DNA of 64,000 bases from Stegostoma tigrinum (Eukaryota), in the NCBI RefSeq assembly GCF_030684315.1, contig NC_081355.1, forward strand, positions 54,049,909 to 54,113,908. The letters run 5' to 3'. Each line of letters starts with the position of its first letter. Positions within the stretch are counted from its first letter, which is position 1. Shown here piece by piece: positions 39,924 through 51,954 of this stretch. The translations under genes were made by a program, and so were the position numbers. The notes beneath the pieces were generated by a model. That model was not told the DNA's origin. It saw only the letters and a list, made by a program, of their open reading frames with translations, and ran no database searches.

Positions 39924-40676
39924 CTTTTGTGCTCCTGAGATGCTGCTTGGCCTGCTGTGTTCATCCATAAAGAAATTAACATTGCTTTCAAATGACAGGG
40001 TCAGATTTCACCACAGAGATAATTATGAGGCTGGAATGGTCACCATTATTTACGTGGAAATGAATGGAATATTACCTTTGGCAATATTCACAAGCAATGA
40101 GGTATAGGATTTCAGAAGCATCCGAAATGCAATGTGAGATGTGATAATAGCACCTTGCCAACTATACACTGAATGATTACGACTTGTCGTTACAGTGTAA
40201 TTACCTTTTTGAGGTCTGATAAGTCTTAATTATTGTCAAACGATTCTTTGTTTGTACAACTTAACTTTTACAATCTCATTCCTTCACATGTTAATATTGT
40301 TAGAGTTGTACAGAAACTTAAAGTTAAAACGAAGTATTTTTTATTTTGAAACCTTCTCTTAGTGGAATTTTCCTTTCTTCTCTTTTTGTCTTTTGTACCT
40401 AATTTAATATTGAATTAACATATTAATTGATGCTGCCTGCTTTGGATTCTGCAGTCCTAATGAATGACTCTTCCAACTTATTGTTTAAAACATATACCGT
40501 TGTCTTTCATACAGGTTCTCGGTGTTTCATAGAGGATGTTGTGCTTTTTGGAACCTCCACACAAAAGTCTACGTTCAAGGGGAAGTGTGACAAGTGGTTG
40601 CCACTGTTCATTTGCCAAATCAACAGACAGAAATGTGGCCCAATATTTCTTCCCATTTGTAACAATGCATCCTCAC

Positions 40677-40920
40677 CCGGTCTGTACTCCTCACGAGCAG
40701 CGTTAATCTGTATTTCTGTTTCAGCAGCTATGTGCAGTTTCTGTGTAACCTCCTCAGCTGTCTTTTTTGTATTGTTCAGAACAGTGATAAGGCTTTCATC
40801 GTCTACAAGGGAACCCTTTGTGCTTGTCAGACGATACAGTAGATTGTCTTCCAACTCTTTCATTTTCCTTTTATTTGATGTTACGTCTTCCATGAGATCT
40901 GTTCTCTCTTTTTCCAGTTC
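40677..40920 (-). CDS. DNAH5: Dynein heavy chain exon (strut/buttress coiled coil), [13 protein letters not shown]...LEDNLLYRL...REEYRP
   Basis: tag|GAA acceptor, G|gtgagg donor (phase 1); 244 nt. Confidence 0.92.
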
Positions 40921-41029
40921 CTATTTCCAAAAAGCATATACCTTTACGTGAATATTTTCCATGGGCATTGGCTAAGTACAGTATATTAATAAACTAAGAT
41001 TCACTGTATCATCTTACAGAATGCAATTG

Positions 41030-42340
41030 GGTTAGATACCATCCACAAGATGCACTGCAGCAGCTCATCAGGATTCTGCTGACAGCACCTTCCAACCTGT
41101 GACCTGTACCACCTGGGAGAACAAGTGCCTCAAATGCATGGAGACATCATCACTTGCAAATTACCTCCAGGTCACATACCAACCAGACTTGGAACTACAT
41201 TGCTATTCTTTCACTGTCACCGGGTCATTACTTCGGAACTGTGGATGATCAGCCATGATCATAATGAATAGTGGTGCTGGCTTGAAGGGCCAAATGGCTT
41301 ACTCCAGCACCTATTGTCTATTGTCTATAACTCCCTTCCTCCCAGCACCAAGCACACCACATGAACTGTAGAAATTCAAGGCGGCAGGTTACTGCCACCT
41401 TCTCAAGGGCAATTAGCCAGAGGCAGTCATATCCCAAGAGTGAATAAAAACCAAGATCAAGTTTGGAAGCTGTTAAAGGAGCTTGGGTGAGCTTCATGCA
41501 GTGCTTTCAAAAGCAAACACATACTGCTGCCATTGTTCATTGGTGGTGGAGGGTGGGAAATGATATTGCATGGGGTACTGATCAAGCAGCTGCTTGGTCC
41601 TAAATGGCGCTGAGCTTCTTTAGAGTTGTTGGGGCTGCATTTATTTAGCCATTCCTGATTTGTATGTTCCAAATGTCAGCAGGTCTTAAGGAGTCAGGGG
41701 TTACATTACTCACCATAACATTCCCAGCGATAGTAGGAACTGCCGATGCTGGAGAATCTGAGATAACACGGTATGAAGCTGGATGAACTCAGCAAGCCAA
41801 GCAGCATCACACCATGTTATAAAATTCCCAGCCTCTGCTCTGTTTTTGTATACATACATTTACACAGCAAGGGCTAGTTACATTTCTGGTCAAAGGGAAC
41901 ACCAAGCTACTGATTTTGGGAATTTCAGCAAGAGTAATGCCATTTAATGTCAAGGGAAAATGAATTTCTTTTTCACTTTGCAGGTGGTGTTATGCTTACA
42001 ACCTACACTATTGAACACATAAGGAAAGTGTGCATTTCACTTTCAAAATGGCAGCATCAAATATGAACATTTTGCCTGGACCCAAGATGTAATTCAGGCT
42101 GTAGTCAGGAAACTTGTAAGTCTTGTACTGACACATGGACAGACATGCCTCAGCACATCTCTGGGAATTTACTTACAGTGCCAAGTACCAACCCTAGGTG
42201 TTGAGGATCATCTAACTCCACCTCAATTGAAGAGACTGGTCTAGTGTGGGTAGAATTTATTAAACTGGCCAGGAATACATTGGAATCATCACGTCTGGTG
42301 ATAACAAATGAAAGACGATTCCAGGACCTAATGACCTTAG
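41030..42340. mobile_element. L2-like LINE 3' fragments in both orientations with small nested insertions
   Basis: CCACCTTCTCAAGGGCAATTAG tail shared with the DeuSINE-like tail; similar to 35430-36270. Confidence 0.45.
41729..41820 (-). mobile_element. PLE 3'-end fragment with a 14-nt inverted tail
   Basis: TSD ATAA(C/A)ATTCCCAGC at 41715-41728 and 41819-41832. Confidence 0.75.
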
Positions 42341-42611
42341 GTACAGACAACATTTTTTTTTGGACGCTAGCAGTTTCCCATCTATAATCTCAATTAATAT
42401 ACTTGTTTTTTAAAAGGGAAGTTTGAAAGCAATTTACATGAGCCCTTTATAATTTTCAGGGTCATGAATTCATATCTTGAGCAACTCCCAGGACTATATA
42501 TGCCTTTAATATTAAACACATCCAACAATTTTAGTTTATACATGTTCTAACAATGAAGCAAGTACTGAGATGCCACAAAACAGGATTACAACTTGAAAGG
42601 AACAAAAATAC

Positions 42612-42794
42612 CTGTTTTTCAGTTAGAATGACTCTACCAAGTAACTGGTCCTCCAGACCTTTCATGGTAACAGTAAAATCAATGATGGAAGTTCGAGCAC
42701 TGATCTCAGGTGTATACGCAGGGTTGGGAAGCTTAGTAGTGATGTAGAGTCTGAATCCATTCATGATATCAATCTCTTTATCACCCACTTTCAC
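42612..42794 (-). CDS. DNAH5: Dynein heavy chain exon (AAA5), VKVGDKE...[17 protein letters not shown]...[16 protein letters not shown]
   Basis: cag|GTG acceptor, CAG|gtatt donor; 183 nt; [12 protein letters not shown] and GLEDQLL motifs. Confidence 0.92.
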
Positions 42795-44020
42795 CTGTTG
42801 AAATAACCTTTGTAAATAGATAAATTTGCATATGTAGTCCTTATTTACAAAATGAGCAAAATTTTTGGCCTTCATTCGAGTTGTCAACAGTATATTTTTC
42901 CTTTCCTTGAAAATAAGAAATGTGACACTAATTCTTTCATGTTGGAATTAGAATCCCTTAAAAACTGAATTTTTCTGTATGTCTTGTGTAGCATGAAATC
43001 TTGTTTAACTGCAGTAAGTGCTTTCTCTGAACATAAACAACTTCTAATAAGAAAAAAGAAAGATGACAATAAATTCCATTGTCCACACTATTCCATAAGC
43101 TGATGTCAAAGAACTATATGACTCCATAGGTACCTTATTAGCAATAGAATGTTTAGGAAGGTAGAAGCTTCGCTTTCCCAAAGCAAATAAAAGCAGACTT
43201 TCAGGTGAAGGTGGGCAAATGGGGAATGGTTTTCCCAATGTCATGAACAGCTGTCCTGTGTTCATTGGCTTCAGGGAGTCAAATGGGTGATTGACACAGC
43301 ACAAATTCCCAGAAATAGGGCTTATCAGCCAGTCTCAGGATCAGAGGGCAGTCCTAGTCAGGCAGCCCTTATAGGGGGTAGCTGTTGTCAGGGACTCGTC
43401 TTCTTCAGATGGAAGATGGACCACAAGTGATTGAAAGAAAATCGAGGGAAGAGCTTCCTTCACAAATTTAATGAGAGTGACACGCTCTGTGTCAACTGCC
43501 TATGAGTCCTCTGAAATCAGTAAACTATCCTGAGTTGGCTGTATATGTTTTTGTCTAATTAGCTGATGCAATATATTTAAATTGCTGCTGCCTAACAAAC
43601 GTAATAAACTATCCGAAAATTCCTTACAAACGGCTGACTGCCTATATAATTGTAGTTATGAATGCCCAAAGTCTATTGAACACATAAGGAAAGTATGCAT
43701 TTCACTTTCAAAATGCAAGGTTTCAAACCTGCTATCAAGAATCCCAAAGACTTTCTGATTTGCAGAAGTCTTGGGAAAGCCCTTCAGGGCAGCATTCACA
43801 ATAGGTATCCCTCTAATGTAATGCCCAATGCTTGAAATGCAGTGAGAATGAGGTGCTGAATTTCCCTCTCACTGCCCATACAGAAGTTTCTCCTTCCTCA
43901 CCAAACTCATCCAAGAGACCAGTCCATCATTTTTCCACCAAATTACTACTGTTTTGAGACAGTCAGGTTGTATATGACCTGGTAGTTGCACAAGTGGCTG
44001 TGAGCAGATGAAAGGACACT

Positions 44021-44349
44021 GGGGCAGCAGCACGGTGGCTCAGTTGTTAGCATTGCTGCCTAACAGCACCAGCGACCCAGGTTTGCTTCTACCCTTGGGA
44101 AACTGTTCGTGTGGAGTTTGCACATTCTCACTGTCTCTGCATAGGTTTCCTCCTCTGGATGCTCCAGTTTCCTCCTACAGCCCAAATTTGTGCAGGCTAG
44201 GTGGTTTGGCCATGCTAAATTGCCCATTGTGTTCAGGGATGTGTAGATTAGGTGGGTTATGGGGGATGGGTCTGAGTGGGATGCTCTGAGAGTTGGTGTG
44301 GACTTGTTGGGTTGAAGAGCCTGTTTCCACACTATAGGATTCTATGATC
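44021..44349 (+). mobile_element. HE1-like V-SINE
   Basis: Same family, full length. Confidence 0.8.
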
Positions 44350-46774
44350 TAAGTCTTCACTCTCTCCATTTTACCACAATAGTTTGTGTAATGAAGGCTT
44401 TTGACATGGCCAAGGCGTCTGATAGATAATTCAAACTAAACTTCTGGACTATGTAACTCTTTAAATGTTTTTCTGAAGTCTATGGAAATGGGTGCAATTT
44501 AGCAGCGCCTTCACCCTTCCAGGGACATTGCAAGATCACATTTGCTGATGGAAATACTGCAAACAGGTAGCCAGAGGTTTAAAAAAAATTGCCATCAGCC
44601 AGGACCGGAAGTAGGGCCATGCCAGGGTTAAGGTGATGGGTGGAAACTCCCTTTGTATGAATGAGGGAAAATTAGCATTATATATTTAAAAATTCTTGTT
44701 TTATTATTAAAAGCTATGTAGTATGATAACAATAAGCTGTACCAAATAAAAATTCAGTATGCCGAGTTGACAATGGATCTTTGATCCCAGCTGGATTGCA
44801 ACATAAGCTCTGACATGTCAGTAACAGGAACAGAAATGCTTTAAAAATGAGTTGACGGAAACCATATACAGGACAATCAGACTAGAATTGTAAAGGAAGT
44901 GGTAGCTGTAATGTCCTTTCCCTTCACTGGGGATTTGGATTCTATTGTCACTTTTCCTAGACTGGTCCTTGGAAGCAGTGGTAAGCAAAATAGAGGAGAA
45001 AGAATTCACTTAGTAACGACAGCATGACTTCTCTGATTATATTACTTGTCACAGATGAGGAAGGAATTGTCCATTGAGGCTCTGCGAAGACTGGAACCGG
45101 AGTGTGTGTCATTGGGGCAGTGATATCAAGGAAGGTGAAAAGGGAAAAAGGGTCAGTATAGGTTTTCAGGTAATCACAAGATGTGAGTATGTTATGATAT
45201 GATTGGATAATATAATCATGTATGCTCATTTAATTATGATTGGATGACATAGTTATGTGCACTAACCTGCAATGCAGATGACATGAACACTATTGGATAG
45301 GGATACGGGTGAGTAAATTTGTAAGGTTTTGATTGGAAATTATCTGAAGGAGAAGCTGATTAGAACCTTTTATTGGCAGAAATAGCAATGAAACCTTAGC
45401 TTGTGTAATAAAGTTTGAAATGTACGTCATCCTTTGAAAAGTATGCCTCCCATGCATGCACGAATAAACATTTCAACAAAGAAACCTCAGTCTCGCCTGG
45501 TCTAGGAAGGAATAAACGGTTAAGAAGACACTTTAAGAAGGTCTCCCTACTTATTTTTTCCCCACTATTTGCAGCAATTGCAAATAAAATTTTTTGCTAT
45601 CATATTTGAAACAATTAGATGTGGTCCTAAGTAAATAATATTAGTTCAGTGAGCAAGTATAACTGTTGTCATGAGATCGTTACTCATATGGGATAAATAA
45701 TTAGGGCAGCTTTGCAGACAAATTTTGTTTCGATTTATTTTTGCTTAAAACCTGTACAATTTTGAAAACTTGATAAACAGAAACAAGTGACCCTGTAGCA
45801 AATAACTTTCTATTCTAGAGAATGGATGTGCTATCTATCATGTGTTGAAGACACTTTGCTCCATAGCTATGCAGTAAAATCTTTAGTGATTAAAATAATG
45901 CAAATTACATGTTAATGTTAACAAAGTCACATTTGTTCACATTTTAATTCAAAGCGCTAAAGAAAAAGTATAGGGTTTAGAGAGTAAGTACCCAAGTCAC
46001 TAAAAAATAAATTACTTCATGACAAATGTGACAATTTAATACAAGACATTTTTACAAACATTTGTTGTACAGCAATAGATTTTTAAGCTCTCCATTTATG
46101 CCTGTAACAGCCAAAACAACCTAGCCAATGCAACATTTTTAAATCTTGAGATTCTCACTTAGATCACTGCTCTTTCAGAATTTTCTAATTTTAGATACAT
46201 CATGAACTCGGAAATGCATACAACTGAAATTCATGGTTTCAGATATGCCACATCATACTTCCCTAACTTCATCTAATTGTTATCATTAAATACTCTCCTA
46301 TGAAGGAATACTAACAGAAATGTTATTAAAAATCAGTTACTGAGTGGTTGTACCTTTGGGCTTTACACTTCATTTAACTCTAGAGGAAGAACAGCTTTTA
46401 TTTACTTCTTAATAACTTCTATTATTGAATCAGCTAAAACCTACCTTTCTACATGAATGCTAAAGAAGTACATGATATTACAATATTGGGAATAAATTGA
46501 TTTCTGTATTTTATTTATCCACCAGCACTGTCTTTGATTACAAGGCTGAGGCGGAGACTCTCAGTGACAAATGTGACCTGCATTGCTTTTTATAATATTG
46601 GGACCCATAAGTGTGAAATACACCATACGATGATGCAATCACACCTGGAGTGGGTGGAATCAGTTTTTTTTTTGGTCTGAGCACATGGGCTCTACTAGTG
46701 AGTATGTGAGGCCCTTCAGAGGGCACTTTCACAGTCAACGTTGAAGTCATCAGTCATCATATCACCGTGTGTAT

Positions 46775-46863
46775 TCCTGAGATGCTGCTTGGCCTGCTGT
46801 GTTCATCCAGCCTCACATTTTATTATCTTGGAATCTCCAGCATCTGCAGTTCCCATTATCTCT
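46775..46863 (+). mobile_element. PLE 3'-end fragment of the young subfamily
   Basis: Matches the reverse complement of about 36746-36834; ends CCCATTATCTCT. Confidence 0.85.
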
Positions 46864-47149
46864 AGTGTACAACTGTGTAGGGTGCAAATGATGGTCACTT
46901 GCAATCTTGATCACGTAAGTGCTGATTGCTCATAATACTAAGGATTTGATCTGTTCCTTACATTCCCCATTGGAATGGGAGGAGTGGAAGCATGACCAAT
47001 GGATCCAGCCATGGCTGGAGTTTTTGTCTTTCTGTTGTGGCACAACAATGGTGCAGAGAAATGGAGGAAGAACAGATGCACCAGCAAGTCCAGTGCCACC
47101 AGCAATCTCTACTGAACCCTTAACAGCTTCCACATGAAGAGGCACAACT

Positions 47150-48220
47150 GAAGGTCTCCTCAGGGTGCGCAGGAGCTTCAGGAGTCCCAAAGTCTATCAG
47201 CAATGCCATTTTCTCCAGATGAGCAAGGAACATTGGTGCCACAGACTGCTGATGTCCCAGGACTTCATTACAGAAGAATAGCAACCACCAGAGTAGGACT
47301 TCTGTCTTGAAAGAATAGGTAACCATCCTACTCTGGTGATTATCAAGGTGACCACTGCACTGGACTTTTGTGCGAAAGTAAGAATCACTGGGAGCCAATG
47401 TGAGATGTCACAAGTCTCAACACAAATGAATGAAGGCAGTGACCAATGCAATTTGTGCCAGATCACACACGGTTTCACCTCATTGCCTGAGCCCATGATG
47501 AAGTCAGTTCTGCAGTCCAAACAGTAGGCTTTGACAAGAATGCTGGCTTTCCCCAGGAACTGGACACCTTAGAGAGTTATACACATTGCACTGAAAATGT
47601 TGTATCATAATGCAGTTTGCTTTATCAATGGAAATGGCTTCAAGTCATCAATGTGAAACTCATCTATAAGCACAAGTTACCAAACTTGGGAATTCTGCAC
47701 CGGGTACCCTGGGAACTGCCATGATGCCTATTTCCCTAAGAAATCTCATGCTCTTGCTTCATTTTAAGGCTCAGATCCTTCCAAGGATGGTGACTGAGAA
47801 GCAAAACCTACCCTCTGGAGCCTCAGCTGACAGCTCTATTGCGTAACCCATTATCCGAAGATGACCACAAATAAAATGCAGCCCACTGTTCCACCAGGGC
47901 CATGGTGGAGCAGCCGATAGGTCTGTTGAAGATGAAGTTATGATGTTTGGTTCAGTCTGGAGTTGGAGGATTTGAAGAGGAGCGGGATGTATGTGCCTTG
48001 CATGACACCCTAGTCAGAGTCAGCAGTATAATCCTAGCATGCTGTGTTCTGCACAACTGAAATGGGAAAAGAAAGGGGATATGATGGATTTTGAAGAGCT
48101 GGAAAGCAGCTGCAGCCTTCCAAGGAAAAAGATGAGGAGACAGAGTAGGAGGAAAATCACCTTCTGTATGATAGAGCGCAGCAGTGTCAAATACAACAAG
48201 CCAGAACCTGTCTGTATCAA
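47150..48220 (+). mobile_element. PIF/Harbinger (HARBI1-like) DDE transposase fossil
   Basis: Fragmentary motifs in the expected order: KVTTALDF, AGFP, THIAL, YPGNCHDAYF, NAAHCSTRAMVEQPIGLLKM, RVSSIILACCVLHN. Confidence 0.75.
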
Positions 48221-48667
48221 GAGACAAATGTAGCTTCTGTTTGTTTTTTTATTTGATTTTGCTATGCTGAATAAAGGCAAATGTACTGAAATGTTTGAAG
48301 CTTTCAAGTACATAATGGTACCACATTGAACAATGGCGACAATGGGCATTGTTAGAAAAGTAGCACTCCCTCAGACAGATGGGATGAGGTTAAGTACAGG
48401 AAAGCTTATGCCTTGGTTCTTAAATGCTGTAAGTATAAGATTGTATGGGCAATGAATTGTCAGCTATGCAACTTACATGCCCTGAGAAGTGTTGGCTTGT
48501 GATTACCGGGTAACTATGACTACAGTGAAAGCAACTCCACACGGCTGGGCTTCAAAGATGATGCTGGCACCAGGAATCCCAGGACATCCCAGCACTGCTA
48601 AGTACATCTGCAAGTTGCATCTACAAGTTGACGAATGTAATGAGCAGGGTGCCACAGGGCTCAGCGT

Positions 48668-48986
48668 ATAGAATCCCTACAGTGTGGAAACAGGCCCTTT
48701 GGCCCAACAAGTCCTCACCAAACCTCGGTGCATCCCACCCAGACCCATTCCCCCATTCACCCACCTAAGTGACACATCCTGAACACTACAGGCAATTTAG
48801 CATGGCCAATCCACCTCACCTGCACATCTTTGGACTACAGGAGGAAACCAGAGCATCCAGAGGAAACCCACGCAGACAAGGAGAGAATGTGCAACCTCCA
48901 CACAGGCAGACACCCAAGGCCAGAATCGAACCTGGGTCCCTGGTGCTGTGAGGCAACAGTGCTAACCACTGTGCCACCGTGCCGCC
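48668..48986 (-). mobile_element. HE1-like V-SINE
   Basis: Same family, full length and well preserved. Confidence 0.82.
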
Positions 48987-49876
48987 AGGTAATGAGATGA
49001 GTATGGGAATTTATTTCTCTTAGAAGGAAACCATCCACGAACGTTGTCAAAATTAACACTTAGTGAATTCCTTATAAAAGTTAGCTTAATGCTTTTGTTA
49101 TCAAAAGTATTTTTTACAAATACACAGGAACAGAAAAAGTGGAAAATCAAACCATACACAATCAAATTTGGAAACCTCCTACAATGCTGTTAGTCACTCA
49201 CATGCCTTTAACTCTTTGTAATTTCAGTTTGGATAACTAAGATATATACATAGAAATCAAATAATTTAGCCACATTACAAAGTATTGAGTATCAATTTAG
49301 TTAATATTCCAAATGATAGACATAAGCGGATTGCATTGTAAGACTGACATCTTTCTCCTAGCCCTCAGGATCCTAGCACAAAGATGGTGTTATTTTCCTA
49401 AGACTGTAGACGTCTTGTTTTGTGGGCCATACACTGCGCAACTTTGTAAGAACACTGCAACCCAGGCTATCCACCTGATGAGGTATTGTGCATGGAACAG
49501 AAGAATGACAACATAACCTACCTTTAAAATTATTACTGCTAGTCTCTGAATTATTTTGGATTCTCCCACAGCATCTATGGATTTATATATGCAAGCAGTA
49601 TTTTGGGCCATGGATAGTGGTATGGGAGGAATTAAATGTGCAGGTATTGCATCTCCTATAGTTACATGTGAAAGTGCATGAAAAGAGTACATGAAAGTAG
49701 AGGATGTGGAATAATGCACAAGAACATAGATATTCTTAGCTACATGTCACAACAATCCAAATTTTACTCCAGATAACAATGTTGACTTGAATGAGAAACT
49801 CCATCTGACTATACATTTTTGCTGTTTAGGTCTACATAAATCTTGGCATTGAAATCCAAGATTAATATCAGTTTAC

Positions 49877-50032
49877 CTTGTACATGGAACCAGTTTTGAT
49901 GAAATTTTTCTCCAAAACATTATCCAGTGCTGGATCCAGCTCCTCTCCTACATCTTCAATAAGCAATGGTCTGCCAAGAGACAGGCTATCCTCGAGGTGG
50001 TTTCTGAAGTACTTGTGATTTAAGGATGTAAT
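49877..50032 (-). CDS. DNAH5: Dynein heavy chain exon (AAA5), [52 protein letters not shown] (absent from ORF track)
   Basis: Manual translation; tag|ATT acceptor, AAG|gtaaac donor; 156 nt. Confidence 0.92.
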
Positions 50033-50269
50033 CTAGAAATATAACATCAAAACTGTATTAAACCCACATTGCATGTATTTTGAATTTAGTTTTCTTCTAT
50101 TTTACTTCACTAACGTCCCATACATTCTAAAAAAATTCTGTGCATTCCCTGTTGAACTACACCTCGGTTGTGAATACATGAATATTTGCATGCAAAATAT
50201 TAACTCATCAGGCACATTCACAGGGCTTTGCTACAATCATGCATGATATGATTTTGCCTCCTATGATGT

Positions 50270-51950
50270 ATTTTATCTGATCTCATATTTATACACATTA
50301 TGCTGCATCTGCCATGCATTTGCCCATTCACTCAACTTATTCAAATCACACTGAAGTATCTCTGCATCCTTCACAGATCACCCTCTTACCCACCTTTGTG
50401 TCATCAGCACATTTGGAGACATTGCATTTAGTTCCCTCATCTAAATCATTAATACATATTGTGAATAGCTGGGGACCTAGCGTTGAACTCTGCAGTACCC
50501 CACTAGTTACTGGCTACCATTCAGAAAAAGGCCAGTTTATTCATACTGTATGTTTCCTGTCTGTCAACCAGTTTTCTATCTATTTCAATAAACCACTGCC
50601 AATCCCACACACTCTAAAAATACACACTATTCTCTCCCATGGGACTTGTCAAAAGCCTTCTGATAATTCAAATAAAGCAGATCAACTGGCTCTCCTCATC
50701 AACTCCATTTGTTCCATCTTCAAAAGAATTCCAATCAAGCATGATTTACCTTTCATAAATCCATTCTGACTCTGTCCAATCCTGTCACTGTTTTCCAAAT
50801 GCTGAGCTATTAAATCTTTCACAATGGACTCTAGTATTCCCCACTACTGACGTCAGATTCACTGTCCCACAATTCTCGGCTTTCTCTCTGCCTCCCTTCT
50901 TAAACAGTGGGAATACATCAGCTACTATACAATCTGTAGCAACTGTTCCTTTGTCTACAGAATCTTGGAAGATGTGTTCACCATTTCTGGGGTCACTTCC
51001 TTAAATAGGTGGGGATATAGATTATCAGTGCCTGGGAATTTATCGGCCTTCAATCCCAATAATTTCCCCAACACCATTTCCCTACTAATACGGTTTCCTT
51101 TAGTTCCTTCCTCTCACTAAGCTCGGTGCTTCCCAACATTTCTGGTATGTTTTAAGACTTTCTTTGCGAACATTAAACTGAAGTATGTCTTTAGTTCAGT
51201 AGCCACTTCTTTGTTCCCCATTATAAATCCCCCGTTTCTGTAAGGGACCTATATTTCTCTTCACCAATCTTTTTCTCTTCACATATCTATAGGAACTTGT
51301 ACAGTCAGTTTTGATGTCATCTGTAAGCTTCCTCTCATACTCTATTTTCCTTTCCTTAACCAATCCCTTTGTCCTCCTTGCTGAAGTCTACTTTTCCTTC
51401 CGCTCCTCAGGTTTGTTGTTTCTTCTGGCCAATTTGTATGTCTCTTCATTGAATCTGGTACTACATTTCACATTTAGCCACATTTCTTCATTTACTTTTG
51501 CACCAGACAGAAATGAACAATTGTTACAGTTCATCCAAGCACTCCTTTAATGTTTATCATTGCCATTTCACCTTCATTCCTTTAATTTACATTTCCCAAG
51601 CTATCATAACTTGAAAGTACATGATAAAGTAGGGCTGCCAGCACAGCTTCATCAAGAGGAGGTCATATTGCGCCTCATACCATTGTAGTTTCTTCCATTT
51701 AAATTCAAGAACCTAGGCTCAGAATCAAATATTTCACTCTGTATCATATTACAGTCACTCATCCCAAAAGGGGCTTTGCATAACTAGATTGCCAATTATT
51801 TCTTTTGTATTACACAATATCCAAGCTAGGATAGCCTGTCCTCCAGTTGGTTCCTCAACATATTGATCCAGAAATTCATCCCATGGATTCTCCAAGAATG
51901 ACTCCTCAACAGCGTTGTTACTAATTTGATTTGCTTAATCTATATGCAGA
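50270..51950 (-). mobile_element. CR1 LINE ORF2 remnant
   Basis: Minus-strand RT-like sequence (INDLDEG...[10 protein letters not shown] near 50390-50460). Confidence 0.7.
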
Positions 51951-51954
51951 TTTC

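Larger units (their letters stand above)
36747..39967. mobile_element. Young Penelope-like element (Neptune-type), inverted/fold-back insertion
   Basis: Minus arm 36747-38135 and plus arm 38136-39967; direct repeat (CA)TAAAGAAATTAA at 36733-36746 and 39966-39979. Confidence 0.93.

Noticed and set aside
36800-39967. Palindrome as an assembly artefact
   Set aside because: The TSD, asymmetric ends, two arm mismatches and diverged elements with the same layout argue it is real, though read-level confirmation is still needed.
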